Below are positions 1 to 12,200 of a stretch of 64,000 nucleotides of DNA, piece after piece (position 1 is the stretch's first letter; every line of letters begins with the position of its first letter). This stretch comes from Perna viridis (taxonomy: Eukaryota), in assembly GCA_037379345.1 (NCBI GenBank), contig CM074524.1, positions 10,513,635 to 10,577,634 of the forward strand. Reading direction: 5' to 3'. The notes below the pieces were generated by a model. The model made no database searches and had not been told where the DNA came from. It worked only from the letters and a program-made list of their open reading frames with translations. Both the position numbers and the translations under genes were made by a program.

Positions 1-211
1 ATTCAGAGGGATGGACAGAACGAAGGGTGAACAAAATGATTCTGATATACCATCCATCTTGTTCAGTGGGGGTATAAAAAGAAACAAGAAAGGAGGCAAT
101 TTTTTTCTTCTTGAAATGGCAATGAAAATGAGTAATGAAGTAACCTCAAAAAAGAATAGGAAGAGCCTAAAAACTAAGAAATTGTTTTCCTTGCTCAGTT
201 ATCCCCCTTAC

Positions 212-3200
212 TTGATGAGCAGTAACAGATTTTCCACCAGTCTTGTCCTTTAACTGGAACTTCATGATGATTTTCTGGTGGTTGTCAGCCTCAAACATGT
301 TAGCTGCTTTGTTTGGATATTGCAGCCTAAAAAAAGATAAAGATTAAGAGTAACGACCTCTATTAATAACCATTTTATGCTCATCCCCTATCTCGGCATT
401 AGAAGTCCCATAAATGGTTTCTTGTATCAGTCAAGCCACAATGCTAATTTTCAATGAACTTTCTCTTTCATTATTCTTACACAATCCATGAAATTAAAAT
501 TCAACAATTAACAAATAGTCACCAAAAAAACAAAAATAAACTATAATCAGTGTTCTCCCCACAGTCATTACTGGCATAGCACAACTCCTTTGGCCTTCTT
601 CCAAAATTATAGCACAGTGCCCATAGTGCATTCTAACTAAACTCAATTACTGATAGCACAGTGCTAAGAAATCATAGCGCTGCAAAGTACAGCACTACAA
701 TGGCCTGGGGAGAACACTGAAAATAAAACAATACCTTCAGATAAAATTAAAATGAAACCAGACTAACCAAAGCACCTTTAGACCTTTAATTTTGTTCAGT
801 TTAGACAGGTGTCTAGTTTTACAAGAGATTAAAGTGCATAAAAAATGATTAAGATTTTAGTTAGTGCCTTATTTAAACAGATTTTGCTCCTCTTTAAACA
901 CTATGGTGTATATCTATTAATAGATTATGTTCCAAAATAGATTTCACAGTCGGTTTAGACAGGTATTTGTATTACTCAGTACTAGGTTTTGACACTGTAT
1001 TATAAAGAAGATGACAACCATTTTAAAGAAAGTCTGATGAATAAAATTCTCTTAATAACAATTTAATTTTCATCAGTACGTAGGGTATGAATATTATAAG
1101 CGATCCCTCTTTCTTTTTTCTTTTTTTTTTTAGGAAAACTTGAACAGTAATAACTCATAGAAAAAAAATTATGTTCCAAAATAGATTTCACAGTCAGTAC
1201 TGACCACACACAGTACAAACCCTGGCACTAATCTTGGTGTTTATTGTCTCCCATTAGTATAACTGTTGGTACAATCAATGTAAAACAGCAAAGTTATGGG
1301 ATGTGGTCACAAGAAATATTACAAGTAAAATTCATTCATAAGTGGATGTAAGGAAATCTCTGCTTGGTATATGCCCCCTCCTCCCCGTATTTGTGGGATG
1401 TGTTTTTAAGAGTTGTAAACACAAAACTGATTTTATACAATTTTTTAGTAACCTACGGAGATTTTGTGACATAACTGTTGATGCAAGAAAATTATGATTA
1501 TACAAGTATGTAAACCCCCTGTAATGTCAATTTTATAACAGAATAAAACTGACCAATTTAAGGAGGTAGACCTAGGATAAAGGACACAACTCTTACAAAA
1601 CATTGGAACATTTGTATACAGCATTTCATATCAATCTCATCTAAGCATCAGAGTAATTTGGACTGATTTCATTCTGTTTCAAATGAAAGCTTGACAGGCT
1701 TTGGTGAAATTGAATTTGATACTAACATATCACTGATTTCAAGAGATATATCCCTTACCCTAGGTCTACCTTGATGTCCTCATCAAGATCATCAGCAAAG
1801 TTATGGGATGTGTTTGTATCTTTACAACTCATTTGATTACACAGTTGCCCAATGTCTTACACGATTTACTATTCCTATTTTTGAAATAGGAAATCATAGA
1901 CAATTTATTTGGATGTGTAAAAAAACAAGCAACATGTTTTTGTTGACTACTGTGAAAGTACTTTTAATTCGTGGATACCAATTTTCGTGGATCAGGGAAG
2001 AAAGACAAATTTGTGAATACTTGAATTCGTGGTTTTGAAGTTTTCTGCATACACAGCAATGGGAATCTACTGTTTGTTGGGAACTAAATTTTGTGGTTTG
2101 AGCTATCCATGACAACCATGAAAATTGGTACCCCAAAATGGATAGAATTGATAGATCAAGGTATGCCAGACCTCTTAATTATAATGGGCACATCCAAACA
2201 ATGCACTTAAATTTAATATAGATGGAAGGTCCACTGATCATTTTCATAGAGAATATACAATACAATAAGTTTGTTACTTCCCCTACAATACTGGTACCTA
2301 CTTGGTTGTCCTAGAAGCTGTAGACTGGTCCTTGTCAGCAACACCAATCTCAACACTCTCAATGGACACCTGTGTAGTCACTTTCACTTCAACCTGAAAG
2401 TGCGACATTTGAAAATAATAAAAAAATGGTTGAAATTGGAAGTAAACATCCGGCAGAAAAAGAACTGTAACAGTAAATTCCTGATTTGAAAAGCAGACTT
2501 CTGCTTTAAAGAGGAAGAAAATCATGTCTGATTTATGTACAAATGGAAGAATCAAAAATAAGGCACACAGATTTCTGAAATGAATAAAATAGTTTTACAT
2601 CTAACAACAAATCAAGGCATACATGTACATGTAATAGTATCATGGTCTTAATACATGTACATATATTTTACAAAACATGAGAAAATCTCTCTTCAGATAC
2701 AAGACATACTGAGAAATCTGTAAGGCCCAAAAAAGTAATAGTTCCGTTTCCTCCCACCAGCAAGAAAAAAATAGGGTAGGTAGGTAGGGAAATTATCTAT
2801 TTTCCAAACATTTAACAATTTCATGAATAAATTATCTAGACTTTAGCAGTCCATACACGAAAATAGCCATTAAATGTTTAGTGTACACAAAAACAAAATA
2901 TGGTAGGTAGGGAAATAGAAAACTGATGTGTTATTTTTTTTTTTGCCTAAGTAAAATATTCCAAAATAGATTTCACAGTCAGTACTGTCCACACACAGTA
3001 CAAACCCTGGCACTAATCTTGGTGTTTATTGTCTCCCATTAGTATAACTGTTGGTACAATTAATGTAAAACAGCAAAGTTATGGGATAGTATTTCTTAAT
3101 AATTAAAAAAATAATTTAATTCATAAAACATTCTTGTATGTGAACTTGTGTAAATGAGTTATCAAAAACAACTCAAGAGATTGAGCCACACATTTGGATC

Positions 3201-6200
3201 TAGTTGTGACTTGCGCTTTATGTTTCTCAATTTAAGAAACGGCCACCATTTCAAGATGGCCACTACATAAAATTTTGTCCCAACTGATTAAAAGTTTGTG
3301 TCTCAGTACGTTAAGGCATACAGATTGACAATACAAGCAAGTGAGGTGAATTTTCTACAACATAAACCAAATCCTATTGTGTCTAATATTAAATTTTATA
3401 AATCATTTTACTTAGGTGAAAAAAAAAAACGTACAGAAATCATCAGTAGGTAATGTTGAATACTTTAGGGCTGCTCCATTAAAAGATATGCAGTGCCCGA
3501 TGAAGGCACTTTTTCACCAGGGAAGCCACAGATGGAAGTCCTATTGATGTTTTGAATAGAACTATATTTTATCAAGTGACCTGAATACCTACCTCTACAC
3601 AAAGAATAAAAGTGCCTTCCATCCCACTACCCTTCATCCCTCATGTTTTACTGGAACATCCCCTATAAAAACAAGAGCCATGGCAGAAAAATCCTAAATA
3701 GGACTTCTTGTTAAGGGAAACAATACATGCCTAATATATGAATACGTGTATTGATATATGAAACTGTGTTAAACACTAATGAAACTCACATAAGCACCAG
3801 TTATTCCCAGCAATCTTTTATCAGCCTTCGTAGGTGTAGCACTGATCATCAGTCTATAGAATCCAGGGGCTGGCTTAGACTGCATCAAGTTGATCTCATA
3901 CAATGAACTAAAATCATAAAAGAAAGATGTGTTCTTACTGACGATTAAACTTGAAGATGAATATCATTTCATTTTGGAATGTATTAAGTAAAGCAATTGC
4001 TGTAAAGAATACCTAAAACCAAACTATCAAAGAACTATGTCATCTTCCAAACTGGTTTAATAGTATGTAATATAAAAGAGCTTAAAAATTTTGTTAAGTA
4101 TTTATTTCTTGCCGAAAAGATCTGCAATGGTTGACTTAGTTGATACATAGATTTATAATATACAGCGAGACCTATCTAAACCGAATCCTGAATAATTCGA
4201 AAACCTGTCCAAACCAGACACTTTTTTAAGTCCCTATATATCAATTTTAATGTACTGTTAACAAGGATAAACTGAACTCCTTTCTAAACATAACAAATTG
4301 AAAGTCTGAAAGAGATTCTGTTTCACTGTATCTACATGTATTATCATTACCCAAAATCAAAAGCTCTGTATATGCACTGAATAATGAATTTACATGTATT
4401 ATACATGTATGGTAATTTACATGAGTTGTACATGTACATGTATATAATATAATGCAATGTATTAATCATGTCAGTCCTAAAGGCTATATCCGTTTTTATA
4501 GAATAAATGTATCATTACTTTTACTAAGGTCTTGAGGAGTAATCAACCATGCAGTTATTCAATTTGAAACAAGAGGTCTCTCTATTCTATATCTCGGACC
4601 ATTTTCTGTTCACAATATTTCAAAACAGTTTGTGAATAAAAACAAATAAAACTTCTGTAAATCAATGCATGCATATGTTGGGCTGTGAAATAAATTCATC
4701 AGGAATTATTCCTGACTCATAGGTATTAAAATAACTAAACCTTTTTGCATATCAGCAAATTTAGAATGAAAGAGTTTATAGTTATGCAAACAATTTCATG
4801 TTTGACCATAGGGAGAACAAAGAACTCTTACTCCTCTTTAGCTGAAAATGGTTTCTTATTCAGAATGATGGCATCATCTCGGAGATGTTTAGCACTGTCA
4901 GCAACCACATTCAAAGATCCAAGAGCTCCTCCCATCAAATCTGAAACCCTGACCTACAATAAAGAAAATAATATTTTAAGAACAGATCACTTACCATACA
5001 TGTATACAACAACCTATTATTATAAGCATATCAATTTTTAAGGTGTACTATTTTTTGCTCCAGACAGAAAATCATGAAAAAAAAGTACCCACGAAATGGA
5101 TTTTTTAACACTATACAACGCTAACCATTTCCTCAAACATTTGATACCCATGAATATGTTCATTTGACAGATTACGCGAAAATTAGCCAGCACTCCACAG
5201 TTTAGTTTAGTTTCCCACTTTTGGCTAGGGATGAAAAATGACATAAATGGAAACCGGTGGTTGCTATAGTGATTAAAAATGAAGAATCTATTGTTGATCA
5301 AACATTTTCTGAAAAAAGGGGACTTTTGGAAGTATTTTGCAATGTTTTATATATTTTCAATGTTGAAGGGGCTTTTTTTCAATGACAATTTGACTTCATT
5401 GTGAAAGTGAAAGTAAGTCAATTTTTCACCATGCTAAATTTAATAAGTGGATTACAAGGTGAAATAGCTCAAAATCTAACCGGCAATGCCCATATGAGGA
5501 AGGGGTTTTCGAAGGAAAAAGTTTGAACAGTTTCAGGGGATGAAATAAAAATTGCAGATATTTTGCGGGAAATTTGATATTTTTAAACCTGATTTTATGA
5601 ACTTTTTTGCAAATTTTCGCATATTTTTGCATGGTTTCTATGGTAACCCTATATGCTGTGGGTAATTTTTTTCCAGAACATTTTTACTGCATCCTGAAGG
5701 CCTTGGCTAGAGCTATTTCTAGATATATAGATTTACAGATGCTTGACATTTTTTTAAAGTGATAAATGTTACAAAGCATCAGATTACAAGACCAAAATTA
5801 GGCAGTTCTACAATACTGTGGAGTGCTGGCTTAGCAGCTGCAAAAATTAATAAGTTTACAGTATTTGCAACATATATTTGCTGACAAGGGAAGTATCTAT
5901 GCAAAAAAAAACATCTATATTACATACAACTTTGGCTATCTTAAATTACCGTTACATAAAATATCAATGTGAAAGTTTTTTTTTTGTATGTTCTGAAATT
6001 ATTTGTCAACTCAACAAATAACACTGAGATATGTAAATGTACAATAACCTTTCACAACAAGATAGGCTATAAGTTTTGAACAAATATGACCAGTACTTAT
6101 TTGTTATAAGAATAATCCTGATATAAAAAGATAAGAAACAAAAAAATCTAGGAAGAAGTAACTGAGCTATCTAAATGCTACATAAATAGAAATACTTTTG

Positions 6201-9200
6201 CCTTACTGGCCTAAAAAATAATAATCTTGTTTCCTGCAAGAGAAAACAAATCAGGATGGGTAGGTAGAGAACTTATTGTAGTTTTCAAAAACATTTTACA
6301 TTGAGTTAATAGGAAACAACCAGGACTTTAACTGTGCTTGAGCCAAAATGTTTGGGTTAGGCAAAAAAAAACTAGGGTAGGCAGGGAAGCAAGAAAAAGA
6401 CATGTTTTTTTGGGGGGATTGCAGGCAAAACCATTTCACAAGATATTCATCTGAATTGAACAATTGAATTTTTGGGATGCAGTTTGGATGAAATTCAAAG
6501 CAATCAAGCTTATGTATGGATTTCATATGACAATCACATAAATTTCATGTTAAATTCATGTAAAGCCCAATACAAATGAGTTTTACATAATGTCCATGTA
6601 TTTTTGCCTGTGTATAGGCAACAGTATGAAGAAAACAGGTCTATCCAACTGTGCAAGCAATGAATTTCAGAAAACAGGCTTACCTGAACTTTATAGACAC
6701 TAACATTCAGGAAAGTTGCTTACCTGTACTGTGGGCATTGCCTGGCTAACGGCAACAGAACTGGCAAGTGTAACGGCAACTGGGATGTGGTACTGCAATA
6801 AAGTCATAGACACTGATGAAAATAATCATTTTACCACAGTAGCTCAGTAAAATGGTAGTATAACATATAGAATGAAATAAAGTACATGTATATATATATA
6901 TTTTTTCAAATTTAAAATACACTGATAGTGTGTGCTATACTGGTTTTGTTGAACTGAATAAACAGGAGCACTAAGATAACCTAAATGAGTTCCTTCAAAC
7001 AACTGAAATAGTTTTTACTTATGTATTCATACGATTGATTGATTGATTGATTGTTGGGGTTTAACGTCTGAGCAGCAACACTTCGGCTATATTCAGATGA
7101 TGAACATGAAATGGATGATAAAATGAAGATGAAATGATGATGAAATGAAAAATGGGATGGGACACAAGGATACTAAGGTCGACAAATTTTGATTGCCACT
7201 AGAAAAAGGAGAGGGATGGGTAAGGTCGGCAATTTAGCCTCCTGTGGCGGAGCGCAAAGGTTCCTACTCCTGTCGAATGCGACAGCAGCGTGTGAGGAAC
7301 GTGGCATTGTTCTCCACACAGTGCACCACTATGGTTTGCGGTCAGGTTTTCCGTATTATAGCCTGACAACCCCAGCATGGAACATGCCAGGGGTACCTCA
7401 TTCCACCACCTGGGGCACACATACCAGTTGCTCTGTGGGCAGAGCGCCTAGCCCCTGGCTAGGTTTCTGAGCACTATTTAGTCGCCTTTTACGACAAGCT
7501 TAGCGCTGTTGCAGGCCTATTCTTTTGAAACCCGGACCTGCACAGGGCGAATTCATACATGAAATAGAGGTAGTTAAAAACAAAGAATCAAACTCAAAGG
7601 TACCTTGTTGCTTGTTAGAGTTTTGACAACAGATAGAAGATGGTAGGCTGATCTGGTCTGGTGTACGTGCTTCCTGCTCATAAAATAGTTGGCAAATTTC
7701 ACTACTTTGTCCTGAAATAATAAAAAAAGAGACTGTTTAAATGGCAAGATTTGGATAAGATGGGGTCAAGTTAAAAATATCCAACTAAAGTAAGATTTTA
7801 TTTACAACCAAAATGTAAATGAAAGATCTAAATGTAGGAGACAATGACTAAGCCTCAAAAGGCTTCATCCAAATCACTGAGCAGCATATTATTATTGTGA
7901 AACTGTAAAAATATATGTACAATTTAAAAACTTGTAACAAAGGGATCCACAAATTCTGACCTAGGACTTTTATTTCCCTGGGTCCTGAACCATAAACCCT
8001 TCTAAACCCCGTTATATGGACTTTTGGAGCAATAAAGCAACTTAATAGTAAAAATAAAAATGTCTAGCCTTTCTTAAGGGTGCATCACATATTATAGAAT
8101 TTACATGATTCTTACAAAGACTGCTACATAAGAACTTAACATAAGCAATACTTACTTCAGCAATGGTTGGTGCTTTCTTGGCTACGTCTCCTAATTTGTA
8201 AGCTGCATCAATAACTAAAGCAGTTGCGAATAATCCACCTTCAAACTGAAATAAAATTTAGAAATAACTCTTACAATGATTTATTAGGACTAAATTGTGT
8301 CATTCATATAGCATTACAAAATTTCATTCATTATGCTATGATATTGAATAAAATTTTCATTAGTCCCTAATTATTACTCAAAAATAACTGTAAAAATCAT
8401 GTTTTATGACGGTATAACCATATTTACCTGTAAATATTTTTCATCAACCTCATCCGCCTGTGCAATAATATCTTCAATACTGTCAAACATTTTCTTAACA
8501 TCTCCACCAATCTCTGCTGACACTAAAAATGCGTAGCCATAGCTGAAAGAAAGAAACAATAATACATGTGAATGTATATAATAAAACATTGAAATAATAA
8601 CTATGGCAAAGAAACAAAGAGAGCTCAGTGATTAGAGATGTAACAATCCACCAGTGCATCGCTACGTCACTATCCAGAAATCGACACTGTAGCCGTTTGT
8701 ACAATTCTGACCTGATTCCTCATTTAGCTGAACTGGAAGTTGAAACAGAGTAATGACAGGTAAATATATTTCGTTACTCAATCACAACCTGTTTAATTGG
8801 CTGAGTTGAGCAATTTAACCTGTAAGAGAAAATCACTAGTCTTTACCAACTGACATGACTGTTTTCGTAACTCGTTGATTTGTAATTTAAAAGACACAAA
8901 CAAAAACTGTCTGTAAAAATCGTGATCTTTAGCCAAGAATCGTGATATATATTTGATTGTGGCAAACAGCCACACTTCCTTTTCTTATCATAAAAAACTA
9001 TATACACACAAGAGGCTGTCACTACTACACTGGGCATCTTAGAGACACTTTTAAACGTATCTTTGAGCAGTAGATCTAGGGATGCCCTTGCTATCCAAAT
9101 GTTCAAAAAGAAAATGTTCCAAACTCCCTGAGTGGTCATCAACTTCAACTTACAGTTCATGGTCCAAAAATTTATAAATTTAGCTTAGGTTTGAAAAAGA

Positions 9201-12200
9201 CTTGATTAAATTATCAATTGGAAACCCAAAATTGTGACAAAGTATGATGTTAGGAGCACCAAACATATATAACCACTTACTGTCAAGTTAGAAGGCTAAC
9301 ATCTACACAACAGTACAGAAAATGAAACAGAACATTTCAATGTAAAATATGGACTGATAACTTACTGTAAGCATACATTGCATAAGAGTAGCATTGCAGA
9401 ATTCTACATTTTGTACATATGACTTCTCAACGTCAAGAAAAAGAACAAAACCAAAAGTGCTGTTCAAATGAATAACAAAACCAATAGAGTTCTTCAAGTG
9501 GATAACAAAACCACAAGTTCTTTGAGTAGATAACAAAACCAAAAAAGTCCCTCAAGTGGATAACAAAACCAAATAAGTTCACCAAGTGGATAAACACATA
9601 AATGAATTACTTTAAAATATTTCAATATAAAATACTACCATTATTACCTCAACGGTGAGTCGTCCTTCTTCAAAGCTTCAGTCAAAGTTTTCTGTACCTT
9701 GGCATTGTCAACTGAAAATTTTAATTAAGTTGAAGATTTATTTATTATATTAATTGCACATGTTGTCATGCTAGGTATACTCCCACCTGTTCCAGATAGT
9801 GAAATATGGGCAAGTCCCAAGAAACAGAAAGTTTATATTGGGCAGCACTCAAAATACTTGACAATATATGCCCTATCTATATAGAGCAACATTTACGTAC
9901 CAAATTGAAATCAACCAGTCCAATGGCAGCTGAGACAACTGTGATGAAATTCTGACAATCAGACAACGTGATTCAAATGTAACATCCACTCTCATCTATT
10001 GTGGGTAAAAATATTTAAAAAAAAAAAAAAACCTTACTTTCAATCCAAATTTATGATATTACAGATTGATAGGAATGTACCATTGCAGATGTTGAGGCAC
10101 ATTTTAAACCTAACGGCATGTACAATCACTGTCTATTAGATTCTTACCTGGCAAGCCAAGATTTTTCTGTGCAAAGAAAGCAAAGAAAATATCAGCTACT
10201 GGTGCTGTATCTTTGATAGCATCAGCTAGAACTGTCTTAGCATTGGGAGCATTGACCTGGAAATCAGAGGGCAAAAAATACATAAAATACATATAGTACA
10301 AAGAAAGATATAACTTCCAAGATTATTTAGTGTGAACCACATGCTTGAGATTATTTCTTCATTGACAGAAAAAAAATAGTAGTCATTCCTTACATATAAC
10401 TTGGCAAAATTTAAAAAAACAAGTCTTACAATTTAATTACTCATTGGTATTTAGTACATATTAAGAATTGAACGGAGTATAATTTAATAAATTTACAACA
10501 TTTTTTCTCCTGTTCACAGATTTTCACTGCTGGTTATTTACAAATCATGTATAAATCACGAGGAAGTGTTACATGTAGCACAAGTGCACATACTGTTTTT
10601 AATATATTTTTAAAAAATCAATTCATATCAACCTTTCAACAGCTGCACAATTTCTATGCTAATATTAAAGGAGAAATGTGTGTATCATACTCACTCAACA
10701 CAATTAAATCAAGTAACTTTACAAGAAAATATAACACAATGTGAGTCACCAAGTGGCACATCTGAGGATTTATAAGTGATTTCTTTTCTTATGCAAAGGA
10801 TCATATCCTGGACGTACCAATCTTTGAGCCCACAACTTAACAAGAGACAAAAAATGTGGATAACAAACCAGCAATATAGTCCACTGCAGGCCATAAATGT
10901 CACTACAAACATTTTTCAAAAATTCATTTGTGACCTTTGCAGGGTCTTATACAAATTTTTCTTGTTAGGTAGCCCAAAGGACTTTCTGACTGATAAATTT
11001 GACAGTCCACACAATTATCTTGCAGCCCTGTTCTTAGGTACAGTAAAATTTAAAATTAATTTAGTTAGCCCAAAGGATAACCAATTAAAACGTTTAGGTG
11101 GTCGTCTTTCAAATTAGGTAGGCACAGGACTACCGGACTACTGTTAGTGTTGAATCCTACCTTTGGTAACGGTTTTGAACTGAAAAGTTAACTGTAACTC
11201 ACTTTCAAATTAGGTAGGCACAGGACTACCGGACTACTGTTAGTGTTGAATCCTACCTTTGGTAACGGTTTTGAACTGAAAAGTTAACTGTAACTCCACG
11301 AACATACAAACTCACCTTACAATTTCCCAAAGCTTTAGCAGCTCCAGAGGCATAGTAAAGAGATGATGCACTATTAACATCTACTAATGATGTAACCTTC
11401 TTACAGGCATCCTATTAACAAAAGTATATGTACATTGTAATATTAATTTATCATACATGTACCAACAAAAATGAAAGCATTTTTTCAGCCAGTTTCATTT
11501 TAAAGATTTTTTTAAGAAAAAAAATCCACAGGAAATTTCCAAATGAAAATAAACTGTTTCACGAGGTCTGCTTTCTAAACTTAATGAAGCTCTATCTAAA
11601 ATTAAAGTTTTAAAGTTGACAAAAAGGTAGATGGAGCATTATACATATTTACTAATCTGTAAAAGATAATATTCAGACATATTTCTTTAAATTAAGTAAA
11701 AAAAAAAAAGAAGCTGTAGTTGGCAAATTTACATTTAATATGCAGAAAAAAAATCCTAAATTTCGCATTAAACAGTGTTTGACTTTTTCACCAACCCTGT
11801 GCCAAAGCCCAGTACAATCTTTATTTGGGCTATTAGAAATTAAGTACAATTCTGTTCACCTTAGGCTTGTAGGCTTTGACAGGCTTAAATTAAAAGCAGA
11901 AAAATCAGGTTGGACTTGATAATATGTGTATCTATATTCAATAATGTATTTTCTATAATTTAGCAAAACAAGGATGTTAAAAAAGGCAGTACATGTAATA
12001 ATCAGAGAAATTATTTATAATGGGTGGCACAATTTATTTTTCACTCTGATTTTTGTTTCAAAATGTAATTTTTATAATGTGTGTGTGTATCATGTTTTTT
12101 TAATCATCAATGGATGGCTGAAATAATGATTTTAAAGTCCCATAACAAAGCCACCAAATTATATATAAAATACACAGTCTCCCTTTTTTCAATGAGAAAG

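Noticed and set aside
7189-7470. ORFs inside the SINE-like element (also 42448-42660)
   Set aside because: GC-rich non-coding repeat sequence; only partly shared between copies and no protein motifs.
8616-8844. Telomerase RNA, RNase P/MRP, U3, U8 or U17 identity for the structured element
   Set aside because: Lacks the template, P4 conserved regions and box motifs of those families.
10735-10910. Further H/ACA snoRNA candidates in an RPN2 intron (hairpins followed by ACA near 10740 and 10855)
   Set aside because: No convincing H box with two-hairpin geometry and no second copy to support them.
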